IMG/VR virus record: IMGVR_UViG_3300031420_000003
Location: 96,001-160,000 of that record
Reading direction: 5' to 3' (one strand)
Origin: a virus
Length of the DNA: 64,000 nucleotides
The notes under the pieces are model-generated. The model was given only the letters and a program-made list of their open reading frames with translations, was not told the origin of the DNA and ran no database searches. Positions within the stretch are counted from its first letter, which is position 1, and each line of letters starts with the position of its first letter. Of this stretch, positions 28,470 to 37,729 are shown piece by piece. Both the position numbers and the translations under genes were made by a program.

Positions 28470-30341
28470 TTACTTAGGCAGAGAGGTCTCAACCTTAATC
28501 CAACCCTGCGTCACTTTACCGGTCGATGGAGACTGAATCCTCACCGGCAGGTAGCCGTTCTGCAGTTCGAACTTCATCAGCAGTTCCCCATTCGGGTTCC
28601 AGCCAATACCGTTCTTCACACCGATACTGTAAGCGGTCGAAACCAGCTTCGTGGTGTCGTTGGACGGCTCATCAATCTTGCTGCCATCACGAATGATACG
28701 GAAGCACACACCACCTTCGTAACGGGTCTTCGAGTTCGTGAAACACTCACAGGTCACAAAGCGTGACCATGCCGCAATCTTCACGTACACGTTGGTGCCG
28801 CCCTTGGCGTCGGCATCGATACGGATATCGAGAACCGGACAAGAACCCACACCGTCCCACTGTGCGTCGATGGTGCTACCGTTCAGCACTTTCAGGTACA
28901 GGTCAGCGTAACCCCCGCTCTGACCGCCAGAGGCAATCGTTGCGTTATCCGCTTTGCTGCTGTTGTAGGCGTTGCTACCAAAGAAGCGCAACTGGATAGT
29001 CTCACCGATGGAGGTAGACGCCACGTAGACCGCTTTAAACCACTGTGCGCTCTGTGTGTTGTTATCCATCTTCAACAGAGAACCGTAGTAGCCTGCCTGC
29101 ATGGAACCCAAGTCCATCTTGATACCGGTGTTGTGGATATCGACCACACCGTACTCGTACGCAGAGATGCTTGACCAGCCGGTGGTGCCCGAGTTCGGGT
29201 CCCAACCGCTGCCTGACTGGAGGTTGGTTTGCTTGCGCACCATACGGGAGTTCTGAATCTGCATCGGGTTCTTACAGTCTTCCATCGACAGACCGTCGAT
29301 AATCCAACCCCCGTCTGACAGGTTACCCGGGAACTCACAGTGCTCAATCCAACCGTTGTACATGAACGCCTGCGTACAGCGTGGCATGTCGAATACCGGG
29401 TTCTGGGTACACTGCTGCATGTTGAAGTTAGACAGCTCAACAGCGGTGGTGTGATCCCAAACGCCTTTGGCCTGACCTGACCAACGGGCATAGATGAAGG
29501 AGCCGGTACACTTGCTGGCGTAGAACTGGTCGAACTTGGTGTCGAGCGTGTCTTGTAAATCAAACACACGACCGCCGGCCCAGTTCGCTTTGAAGTTGCT
29601 GACGCGGACATACTGACCACCCGGGTCGTTGTTGCGCAAGAATGCTTTACGTGAACAACGTGAGTTGTCTTTGTCAATCGCAATCTCACCAGACCACGTA
29701 ATACCGCTGACTTCCACCCAACGTGACTTAATGTCAAACAGGACGTTGTCGTCATCGTTAGAGACGATAGTCGTGGTTGAGCAGTAGCCCGATGCGTTAG
29801 ATGAGTTAAAGCCCGCGATACGGAAAATCGGGGTTTCCCACGTGTTGTTCAGGAACTGCGAGATAGAGTACGTACCCGCACCGAACTGTACGCCCAACTG
29901 ACGCAGGTTGGTTTTTGACCAGTTGAACATGCGGTTGAACGCAGTCAGGTTATCGGTCTTGCCATCAGGAATACCGCCGAAGCAGTCGATGGTCAACATG
30001 CCGATGTGGGGCAGGTCACGCTTCCAACGTGCTCCTTTATTAGTCACGATGACCATACCGCGGTCTTCAGGTGAGGACTTGTCGGTTTCATCGTAAACGA
30101 AATAGCCACCGCCGTAACGGGTGCCCGCCGCGTACGCTTTCACGTCGATACGCTGACCCGGACGGGTAGGTTCGATTTTACGCAGGTTGTCGATTGATTC
30201 ACAACGGCCAATCATGCCTAATGCATCTTCTGTCGCGAGTTCCAGTTTTTGCATGAGCATATTGATGTCAATCTCAACCACATTACCCTCTTGGTTCACA
30301 AGGACCTTGCCTGCTTTAATCGCAAGAGATTGGTCTGCCAT
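28470..30341 (-). CDS. Tailspike-like beta-helix glycanase/EPS depolymerase (AmsF/WceF-like)
   Basis: Tailspike-type N-domain LRKIEP..GGGYF..GARWKR; FGGIPDGKTDN beta-helix start; WDHTTAVELSNFN resembles AmsF/WceF as recalled. Confidence 0.7.
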   Translation of the reverse strand: MADQSLAIKAGKVLVNQEGNVVEIDINMLMQKLELATEDALGMIGRCESIDNLRKIEPTRPGQRIDVKAYAAGTRYGGGYFVYDETDKSSPEDRGMVIVTNKGARWKRDLPHIGMLTIDCFGGIPDGKTDNLTAFNRMFNWSKTNLRQLGVQFGAGTYSISQFLNNTWETPIFRIAGFNSSNASGYCSTTTIVSNDDDNVLFDIKSRWVEVSGITWSGEIAIDKDNSRCSRKAFLRNNDPGGQYVRVSNFKANWAGGRVFDLQDTLDTKFDQFYASKCTGSFIYARWSGQAKGVWDHTTAVELSNFNMQQCTQNPVFDMPRCTQAFMYNGWIEHCEFPGNLSDGGWIIDGLSMEDCKNPMQIQNSRMVRKQTNLQSGSGWDPNSGTTGWSSISAYEYGVVDIHNTGIKMDLGSMQAGYYGSLLKMDNNTQSAQWFKAVYVASTSIGETIQLRFFGSNAYNSSKADNATIASGGQSGGYADLYLKVLNGSTIDAQWDGVGSCPVLDIRIDADAKGGTNVYVKIAAWSRFVTCECFTNSKTRYEGGVCFRIIRDGSKIDEPSNDTTKLVSTAYSIGVKNGIGWNPNGELLMKFELQNGYLPVRIQSPSTGKVTQGWIKVETSLPK

Positions 30342-30515
30342 GCTGAACTCCTATTGTTTTAGCTGGTGTGTAGTGTGTCGGCCTTTAGCCATAAGCTCCC
30401 TTGAAGAGCGCGTCAGCAGAAAAACAATCGGGCGTTATACGGGGCGGGAGAGACAAAAAAAGAAAGCAGAAGGGTTGGTAAGCGTAACCGCACTTAGGGC
30501 CAAAAAATAAAAGAG

Positions 30516-30533
30516 GGTAGCCCGAAGGCTACC
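30516..30533 (-). terminator. Rho-independent terminator
   Basis: GGTAGCC-CGAA-GGCTACC with tracts on both sides. Confidence 0.8.
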
Positions 30534-30542
30534 ACTTCTTTT

Positions 30543-31706
30543 TTATTCGTCTTCGAGATTCGTACCGAGAGGTAGGTTTAGATGGTCAGGGTCATACTTC
30601 GGGGTAAACGGTGTCATGCCGCGACCCGGGAAAGCAAACACTTCATCCGACGGTATCGTGTCGAAGTAGTGCTTCGTTGTGGTGTCCGGGACGTGACGCT
30701 TCTGGTCGTATTCGTGACGCAGCAGAATCTCTTGCTTTTCAGCGTCCGTGAAGGGCGTGCTTCTGCTCCCGTCCGGTGCTGGTTTCCATAGGATACTCAT
30801 GAAGTAGACCGGGTTGTTTTTGGCTTCTTCAATGATGGCCGCTTTCTGCTCGGCCGTTAAATCAGAAGCATGCGGGTCAACATTACGCAGCTCTTCGTTA
30901 ATGAGGTAAAAATGCGGTTGTCGGAGCTGCACACCGATGGGAGCATTGCCACCGAGCGTGAGTGAGAAGCCGCCCTGCTCGCGAGCGGGGTTAGTGAAGG
31001 CGAACTCTTTCTTCATCTGCAGTCTACCTTCAGGTAAATCGCGCATGGTGAGTCGCGTCTTTGGATTTGGGAGTGCCTCGATGTCTGGCATATTAGCAAG
31101 ACGCGCTTCCAGTAACTGCTTCACAGCTTCCGGGCCGACTTTCATTGCTTGGTGCAACTGCCAGTCTGATTTACCGGACGAGGCGAACGTGCGAGCGAGA
31201 GAGTGAGAGAACAAACCCGGAATACGACCTTTGAGCACAGTGGCACTGGCATCACCTTCTGGTCTGCCCGGGTCAGTGCCTATCACAAGATCCATTAAAC
31301 CCATTTTGCGGGACAGGTGGGATATACCAGCGAAAAACTCTGGCTGCCACGGTTCGTTCAATGGGTCAAGCATTCCACTCTGTTGCACCTGCGCCGACTG
31401 GCTGGCCTTCAGTGTGTGCATCATGTCTTTCCACTGCCAGTGAAAGTCCCAGTCTTTCTTTGACATTGGGTGCAGACCGACCACACCGATTGTCCCTTTG
31501 GAGAAACGACGCTGGGCAATAAGACGAATCTGACGCGACAGGTGCGGCTTGCTGTGCGGTCGCCCGATCACCCAACCTATCATCATCCGCTCACGAACTT
31601 CATCGTTTGACACAACACGCGCTTTTACGTGTGGGGCATACACCACAAACTCGTGTCCACGCATCGCGACTTGTGTGCGGGCTTTGCGTTTCTTAGGCTT
31701 CAGCAT
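30543..31706 (-). CDS. Hypothetical protein with terminase-N-terminal-like segment
   Basis: Start MLKPKKRK after AAGGAGG; VDP..SDLTAEQKAAIIEEAKNNPVYF segment. Confidence 0.6.
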   Translation of the reverse strand: MLKPKKRKARTQVAMRGHEFVVYAPHVKARVVSNDEVRERMMIGWVIGRPHSKPHLSRQIRLIAQRRFSKGTIGVVGLHPMSKKDWDFHWQWKDMMHTLKASQSAQVQQSGMLDPLNEPWQPEFFAGISHLSRKMGLMDLVIGTDPGRPEGDASATVLKGRIPGLFSHSLARTFASSGKSDWQLHQAMKVGPEAVKQLLEARLANMPDIEALPNPKTRLTMRDLPEGRLQMKKEFAFTNPAREQGGFSLTLGGNAPIGVQLRQPHFYLINEELRNVDPHASDLTAEQKAAIIEEAKNNPVYFMSILWKPAPDGSRSTPFTDAEKQEILLRHEYDQKRHVPDTTTKHYFDTIPSDEVFAFPGRGMTPFTPKYDPDHLNLPLGTNLEDE

Positions 31707-31917
31707 TTTGTGCCTCCTTGCGCTCAATGTGTGCTTGCATCGCGCGCATACCGTACCAGATATTTGCAGGATTACGAAACTTGATTTGTGCAACCGTTGC
31801 GAAGTTTTCTTCGCTCAACGTCAGTGGTTTACGGTTTGGGGAATAGTACGCTGCCGTACCGTCGTTACGGAACGTCATCTGCGCGCGGTTCTTACGGGTC
31901 TTACGTGGCTTTAACAT
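31693..31917 (-). CDS. Hypothetical protein
   Basis: AAGGAGTAAT RBS; overlaps neighbours. Confidence 0.6.
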   Translation of the reverse strand: MLKPRKTRKNRAQMTFRNDGTAAYYSPNRKPLTLSEENFATVAQIKFRNPANIWYGMRAMQAHIERKEAQNAEA

Positions 31918-32249
31918 TTATTACTCCTTCCGGTGACGATTAGTTTTGCTACCCGGGCACAGGTCTCGGGTGACATAGATTTAAAGATGCCTCCGATAGC
32001 TTCCAGCGGGTCACGCTTGTAATACACTGCCAGTGCGAGATGGGTCAGTACCAAGTCCATTGTATCTTCCGACAGTTTGAGATTGAGTCGGTGTTGGTCA
32101 AGGCTCTTGCGTTGTTCAGCAACAAGCACCTCGTACGTGGCGACGTTTTCTTCCAGAGCAGCGACTATTTCCTGCTCCATATCGAGCTCTTGTTTTAGCT
32201 CGGCGTTCTCCTGCTTTAACCGTGAATAACGGCGGAACCAACCGAGCAT
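31911..32249 (-). CDS. Hypothetical coiled-coil protein
   Basis: GGAGG RBS; heptad pattern. Confidence 0.6.
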   Translation of the reverse strand: MLGWFRRYSRLKQENAELKQELDMEQEIVAALEENVATYEVLVAEQRKSLDQHRLNLKLSEDTMDLVLTHLALAVYYKRDPLEAIGGIFKSMSPETCARVAKLIVTGRSNKC

Positions 32250-32252
32250 AAC

Positions 32253-32480
32253 CTACCTCCCAAGTTCTTTCTTTAACACATCAACCTCGATGCGCAACCT
32301 GTCGCGTTCCACTTCCGCATTAACACAGCGCTCAATCAGCTGGTCACGAATCGCGTTGTAACCTTTCTTGCGATCGACCGGGTAACGAATCATCATCCAA
32401 ATCAACTGCAATAACCCAATGACAATCCCCACGATTAACATGATGGGGTTGTTCGTGGGTTTGAGTGGGTCATAAGTCAT
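32253..32480 (-). CDS. Hypothetical membrane protein
   Basis: One hydrophobic segment IMLIVGIVIGLLQLIWMMI. Confidence 0.6.
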   Translation of the reverse strand: MTYDPLKPTNNPIMLIVGIVIGLLQLIWMMIRYPVDRKKGYNAIRDQLIERCVNAEVERDRLRIEVDVLKKELGR

Positions 32481-32779
32481 CAGAACCCCTTGTGGCCACC
32501 GGTGGCGTAATAGTTCAATGCCGCCTCGATGAAGGTTAATTGGTTAGAAGCCAACAGCAGTACCCCACCGACTGTAGCGGGGACGCGTTGGATTTCGTAT
32601 TCACGGTCTCGGGTGCGAAAACAATATTCGTTACCTAAGACCGCAATTTCGTAGTGGTGACTGCGGGCAGGAATCAAAGACAACAGGAGTGCATCAGCCC
32701 ACTCCCGCGTGTCTTCTATATTCCCACCGCCGAGCAGATGGTCGAGAATCTCCTTCTGCGTTTTCTCAAGCGGTTTCAT
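32480..32779 (-). CDS. Hypothetical protein
   Basis: Translationally coupled ORF in operon. Confidence 0.55.
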   Translation of the reverse strand: MKPLEKTQKEILDHLLGGGNIEDTREWADALLLSLIPARSHHYEIAVLGNEYCFRTRDREYEIQRVPATVGGVLLLASNQLTFIEAALNYYATGGHKGF

Positions 32780-33303
32780 TTGTGACGGTTCCGATCCAGA
32801 TAAAGGATGTTCTCATTATCAAACGGCCCTGCAATCCAAGACAGGCGTGTGAAGTGCCCGTTCTTGTCTGCCGTGTCCGACCCGATACACTTAATGTTCG
32901 GATGGCCAATCTCTTTAATGATGTCACAGTAGGCATCGATTGAAGCGAGTGGCGTCTTGGCAATGAGCTCGACGAACTGATCCATGTAACGCGGATGCGC
33001 AATCGGTTTGACGTTAACCATCTCACCCGACAGACGCTCACAGATAGACGACGGGGTGTGGCGAATATGCCACGTCCACGCCGGTACCTTAGCACTGTTG
33101 TAATTCCCCATCTGCGTCAGCGCATTGGTAAACGCCTGCAGCCGGAAGAACTCAATGTCCCACTCCACTTCCGGGAAGTGTTTGGCAATAGCAAGCTTCT
33201 TGGGGTCGATGTTGAAGCTGTCGTTGACCTGCTGACCGCGGGTGATGCGAATCAGTTCGGTACGTTCACGTTTGGTAAAACAGTTTAACTGCGCGGTGTT
33301 CAT
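32776..33303 (-). CDS. Hypothetical protein
   Basis: ATGA overlaps at both ends; GAGG RBS. Confidence 0.6.
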   Translation of the reverse strand: MNTAQLNCFTKRERTELIRITRGQQVNDSFNIDPKKLAIAKHFPEVEWDIEFFRLQAFTNALTQMGNYNSAKVPAWTWHIRHTPSSICERLSGEMVNVKPIAHPRYMDQFVELIAKTPLASIDAYCDIIKEIGHPNIKCIGSDTADKNGHFTRLSWIAGPFDNENILYLDRNRHK

Positions 33304-33614
33304 TTCGCACCTCGTTTAACACGGGGAACTGACTTCGAACGACGAATCACGTTCTCCGACACTTCGATAGGGTTAGGGGTCGCACCAGCGATTTCCCACG
33401 TAAAGCCTTCAAGCTCCAACGCTTCAGCAACACGACTGGCTTCGTCGTGGGTCAGCGGTTGCTCAGAACGCACAATGATTTTCGGCGGGATGCGGGTTTC
33501 CAGATTCCCACCCATGCGTTGAAAGACAACACCGGCCGCTGAGGCGGGACGGTTAGCAGTTTCTAACGCAGTGTCGATAACTTCTTCAATTTTGCTAATC
33601 TGTTCAGTTTTCAT
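33300..33614 (-). CDS. Hypothetical protein
   Basis: AAGGA RBS; operon context. Confidence 0.6.
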   Translation of the reverse strand: MKTEQISKIEEVIDTALETANRPASAAGVVFQRMGGNLETRIPPKIIVRSEQPLTHDEASRVAEALELEGFTWEIAGATPNPIEVSENVIRRSKSVPRVKRGAK

Positions 33615-33627
33615 GATTAATCCTTAC

Positions 33628-34668
33628 TTAGTTTTTGAATTTAACAGCAAAGCCAATCTGCTCGAGGTGCAGGGCGATTTCATGACGGATGCCGGTAGGC
33701 TCTTTACCGTCGGGGAGTTCAATGGTTAACACAGGCAGGTTACGCTGAGGACGTCGGGTGTTACGGTCAAAGCCCGAGGGTTCACGGCCCATCCACGCCT
33801 TACCGACGTTGGGGGACAAGATTTCGTTCAGGTAGTCTGGCCCTTCCGGTTCGGGTTCAACGCAAGGTACCTCCCACTCGGTGACGGTAAGGTCAACAGG
33901 TATTTGATTGGAGAGCATCTGCCACACGCTGTCGAGGCGACCGCAGACGGTGATAACTTCGTCACGGTCTTTATCGAGTATCGCCAGCGACTTGGTCAGG
34001 CGCATCGCGTAGTTCACCAGTGGGGCGGTGTCGGCACGAAGGTCAATGTTATACTGCTCAGCGTTGTAACCGTTCACTCTGACCATTTGGTAAAGGTATT
34101 GCCACCGCTCCCGGTACTGCTGCTCACGGCGGGAAGTAAGGTGGTCGTACGGGGGACCTTTACGCCGTGGGTAAGGGATGCGAATCACAGGACGGTTGTC
34201 GCTCGGCGACACCCACGTATTTATAAACCTGCGCACATGTCCGGGGGTGGATAAGACACGTTTATAACCGTCATCCTGCGATTCCAACAGGCGCATTCTC
34301 ACCGACACGGCGTACTTCTTAATAATCGCTGACGGTTCACCCAACCACACCTCGGTGGTGTTTCCTTCTATCTCCGCGTGCGCGTACGTTTGCTCAAGGG
34401 CCCGGTAGAGCACCTTGGCCTCGTCGCTGAAGGGTTCGACACAGTTGAGTGTCAACAGGGCAAGGTGAGCTTGGCCGACGTCAGTACCCATCACCGGGAT
34501 GTAGGGAACTGGATACCACTGAAGCGGGTGGCCTTTTTCCTTTAATTCTTTTGCCATTTCTTGGTTACGCAAAAAGACATCGTTGTAACGCACCCGCGCT
34601 TCTGCGGATAATGCCATGTCGGCAGGTAATTTCACCAGCGGTACACGCACAACTTCAACAATAGCCAT
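33628..34668 (-). CDS. Hypothetical protein
   Basis: 346-aa ORF; TAAGGAGTAAT RBS. Confidence 0.7.
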   Translation of the reverse strand: MAIVEVVRVPLVKLPADMALSAEARVRYNDVFLRNQEMAKELKEKGHPLQWYPVPYIPVMGTDVGQAHLALLTLNCVEPFSDEAKVLYRALEQTYAHAEIEGNTTEVWLGEPSAIIKKYAVSVRMRLLESQDDGYKRVLSTPGHVRRFINTWVSPSDNRPVIRIPYPRRKGPPYDHLTSRREQQYRERWQYLYQMVRVNGYNAEQYNIDLRADTAPLVNYAMRLTKSLAILDKDRDEVITVCGRLDSVWQMLSNQIPVDLTVTEWEVPCVEPEPEGPDYLNEILSPNVGKAWMGREPSGFDRNTRRPQRNLPVLTIELPDGKEPTGIRHEIALHLEQIGFAVKFKN

Positions 34669-34694
34669 TCTGATTACTCCTTACGGTGTTGCAA

Positions 34695-35075
34695 TTAATT
34701 GATTTCGCCCATGTAAGTCACTTCTCTTCCGAGTTGCTTACCGAGCTGTTGTAAGACTTTCACAAACAGATGACGATGACAGAATTTACCTTCCGGGCAA
34801 TAACACGCTAAGGCTATCTCATCATTATCAAATATATCTAAGAACTTTTTCGGGAACTCTTTTAGCTTGCGATTAATCTTCGCGGCATAGGCTCGAGTAT
34901 AGATACGCTCATCCTCGAGGGTTTTGTCGGAATCTTTATACGCCATTAAGAAATCCCAGTCCGGTGCAAAGATAGCTTCACCGGACTTGATTGTAATATT
35001 CAGGAGGGGTATGTCTTTATCAACAGCTTTGCGCCATTGACCCATCTGAATAGTCCATACTCGTAAGGCTGACAT
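34695..35075 (-). CDS. DUF488-like protein
   Basis: FAPDWD and IALACYCPEGKFCHRHL motifs; AGGAG RBS before MSALRV. Confidence 0.65.
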   Translation of the reverse strand: MSALRVWTIQMGQWRKAVDKDIPLLNITIKSGEAIFAPDWDFLMAYKDSDKTLEDERIYTRAYAAKINRKLKEFPKKFLDIFDNDEIALACYCPEGKFCHRHLFVKVLQQLGKQLGREVTYMGEIN

Positions 35076-35101
35076 ACACACTCCTAAGGGTTAAGGTTTC
35101 C

Positions 35102-35425
35102 TCACGCCATGTGACCCGTGAGTTCATTAATAAGACAAAGCGGCGGATGAATAATCTCCGCCAGCTTCTCTTCTTTCGTGACTTCAAAGATGAGTAGCGT
35201 AAATTCATCCGGTACCGGCATCACGACCATCGTTTTTCCACGCATTCCCGGGCGACCTAACAGATACTTGAGCGTCCACTCGTCCGGGGTTACCATGGAG
35301 CCGACGCCGTTGGTGTACGAGACGCAGATGGGAGTGTTGCCTTTCTCGGCATTCACCCGAAGCAACTCAAACCCCTCTTCCAGTAACGCCATTGCATCTT
35401 TGTCGCTAATGTTTTTGTTTTCCAT
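35102..35425 (-). CDS. Hypothetical protein
   Basis: ORF overlapping hslU stop. Confidence 0.55.
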   Translation of the reverse strand: MENKNISDKDAMALLEEGFELLRVNAEKGNTPICVSYTNGVGSMVTPDEWTLKYLLGRPGMRGKTMVVMPVPDEFTLLIFEVTKEEKLAEIIHPPLCLINELTGHMA

Positions 35426-37148
35426 CTTCAGGTTTACTCATTGCACGTAAAGTTTCACCACGGATATCAAACCCGTGCTCACGGTACTTCTCTGGTTCGT
35501 ACATCGCCGGTTGGAACACAGCGTTAATCACAGCACCCAAACGACGGGCACCGAGGTTATCGACCATGTTCTGCGCCAGTGTGCGCTCTGCAATCACCTG
35601 ATAGGTGTCCATGTCGTATTTGACCTTGACATTCTCAGTGCGCATCAACGCGATATGACCTTGGAACTCACTGCCGGTCATCTTACAGATGTGGACAAAT
35701 GCATCTGCATCCAGCGCATTCAGACGACCCCGCAGTGGGAAGCGACCTTGCAGCTCGGGCATCAGTTTACTGATAGGGGCGCTAGCAAACGCACCGGCTG
35801 CCACAAACAGAATGTTCGTGGTGTCGATACCGTGATACGTCCCACCTTCTACCATCTTGAGCAAACTGCGCTGCACACCGGAACGCGAGACATGGTTGCG
35901 ACTTCCATCCACTTCAATGAGTTTGTCAATCTCATCCAAGAACACCACTGCGAAGTTTTCCACAAACGACTTAGGATCGATACGCATCTTTGCAGCAGGT
36001 GCGTTCCCCTTTTCTTTTTCCGCAAGGGCCTCTTTGGTAAAGTCTTCACGGTTCGGCATTTCCCAAAGCGCGTCATCAACGTAGTGCGAGAAATCATCGC
36101 AGTTCGTTAATCGGCTCTCTGCCAGTTCCATATCCGTGTGCAGTAAACCCAATGCGTACAACTCAGGTTCTTCCACACGAACCGCACGGAACGCTGTGGG
36201 CTCTAACCGCTCATCGGTTTCCTCAAACTGGTCAGCAAACTGCGCCCATGTTTCATGTGGGGCCGTTGCCATGGCCGGGTAACTGTTCATGTAACGCCGC
36301 CCCAAGTCGAGGAACTCCCCTTCGAGTATTGTCATCGCCCGGATCAGTCGCGCCATAATGCCGCTGACTTCTGCTTCGAGTTCCAGCTCGCTTTTGTCAT
36401 CAAGGTCGGTGTCTTCGAGCTTGGAGAGTTCAGCAAGCCGCGCCGCGTCCTTAAACGCATCACCCAGCTTCAAACCCTCCACTTCCAATGCCGCCAGCTC
36501 GTCGAGACCGGACACATCAGCGATTTGGTTAGAACGATAAAGGCCCAGTAACAGGCAACGGTAGAAGTAGACACTGAGGTACGTACCGTGCTTTTCAATG
36601 TCCAGCACACCGGTTGCTTGTAACTCTTCAATACGGGCATTAGTCGCTTCATTGAACCGCTTGCGCTGGTCGTCTTCCTCCCCTAAGCGGCTGAGCAGCT
36701 CTTGCTTTTGCAATTCCTCCAACTCCGCCCGAGTGAACTTCTTCTCCGGTTCGTTATTGACAGGTTGACCGTGTGCCTGAAGGTACCAGTTCGGAATCTT
36801 CAAGCCTTTGGTCAGCTCTCTTAACTCCTTGCCGATTTCTTCGATGCTGCGACCCACGTACCCCGATTCGGTAAAGGAGGTCATGTCGAACTCCAGCACC
36901 GGCAATTCGAGGTCTTTTCTCAGTACGCGAATCAGCGCCGTTTTACCGGTACCGGTCGGCCCGTGCAGCAACACGTTTTGCTTGTTCACGCTAAAGCGGT
37001 CTTGCCCGGTTAAGAGCGAAGTCCGATAGCGGTTACGCAGGGCAATCGCCAGCATCTTCTTGGCCTGCTCTTGCCCGTATACGTGTTTGTCAAACAGCTT
37101 CACGAAATCTGACGGTGTCATCTCCGGCAGACTCATCAGTATTTTCAT
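35406..37148 (-). CDS. hslU: HslU/ClpY-like AAA+ ATPase with divergent I domain
   Basis: GQEQAKK..AIALRNRYR, GPTGTGKT, FTESGYVGR, DEIDKL, GVQRSLL, PELQGRFP, NLGARRL. Confidence 0.85.
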   Translation of the reverse strand: MKILMSLPEMTPSDFVKLFDKHVYGQEQAKKMLAIALRNRYRTSLLTGQDRFSVNKQNVLLHGPTGTGKTALIRVLRKDLELPVLEFDMTSFTESGYVGRSIEEIGKELRELTKGLKIPNWYLQAHGQPVNNEPEKKFTRAELEELQKQELLSRLGEEDDQRKRFNEATNARIEELQATGVLDIEKHGTYLSVYFYRCLLLGLYRSNQIADVSGLDELAALEVEGLKLGDAFKDAARLAELSKLEDTDLDDKSELELEAEVSGIMARLIRAMTILEGEFLDLGRRYMNSYPAMATAPHETWAQFADQFEETDERLEPTAFRAVRVEEPELYALGLLHTDMELAESRLTNCDDFSHYVDDALWEMPNREDFTKEALAEKEKGNAPAAKMRIDPKSFVENFAVVFLDEIDKLIEVDGSRNHVSRSGVQRSLLKMVEGGTYHGIDTTNILFVAAGAFASAPISKLMPELQGRFPLRGRLNALDADAFVHICKMTGSEFQGHIALMRTENVKVKYDMDTYQVIAERTLAQNMVDNLGARRLGAVINAVFQPAMYEPEKYREHGFDIRGETLRAMSKPEDGKQKH

Positions 37149-37729
37149 CGCAGCCCCTTAAACCTTTCCATTATCTTCTGGAATTGGATTTTAGACAGGT
37201 CGGACAATACGCCCATTACCTGTTCGCCTTTTACATCCGTCAGCGAGAACAGGGCCGAGTGATGTGTGTTGTCGTACGGGAACATCTCAAGCAGGGTGCC
37301 CGGTTTTGCGATACGGCGCAGATAGTCCACGGCTTCTTCGAGATGATCGAAGCGCAGGGGTGACCGTCCAGCGATGCTGAGCAGCACCGTATTGCGACCA
37401 AAGATAATACAGTCGTTCCGCTCGTTGATAATGGCCTTATCTTCCCGACTCGCGAAGCCTTTGATGTTCCCACGCAGGTGTGGGTCTTTCACGGCAAAGT
37501 ACATTTCGGGAACCGTCAGGTTCATTGACTCGGCCAGCGCAGGAATGTCACGGTCGTACCCGTCGAAGTATTCGCGGATAACCGTATCAAGCTCCGGCCG
37601 AGGCTGTTCCTTCGGCTTTCTGAGCATCTGCCAGATCAACTTCAGTGCCCTGCTGAGTGTTTTCTTTAAACGAGCTGATGATTCTTTCACCTTCTTCACT
37701 CCAACGTGTGTGGGTAAACCAGCGCACAA
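37145..37729 (-). CDS. Hypothetical protein (start uncertain, possibly 37627)
   Basis: ATGA overlap with hslU; HTH-like IPALAESMNLTVPEMY. Confidence 0.5.
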   Translation of the reverse strand: MCAGLPTHVGVKKVKESSARLKKTLSRALKLIWQMLRKPKEQPRPELDTVIREYFDGYDRDIPALAESMNLTVPEMYFAVKDPHLRGNIKGFASREDKAIINERNDCIIFGRNTVLLSIAGRSPLRFDHLEEAVDYLRRIAKPGTLLEMFPYDNTHHSALFSLTDVKGEQVMGVLSDLSKIQFQKIMERFKGLR

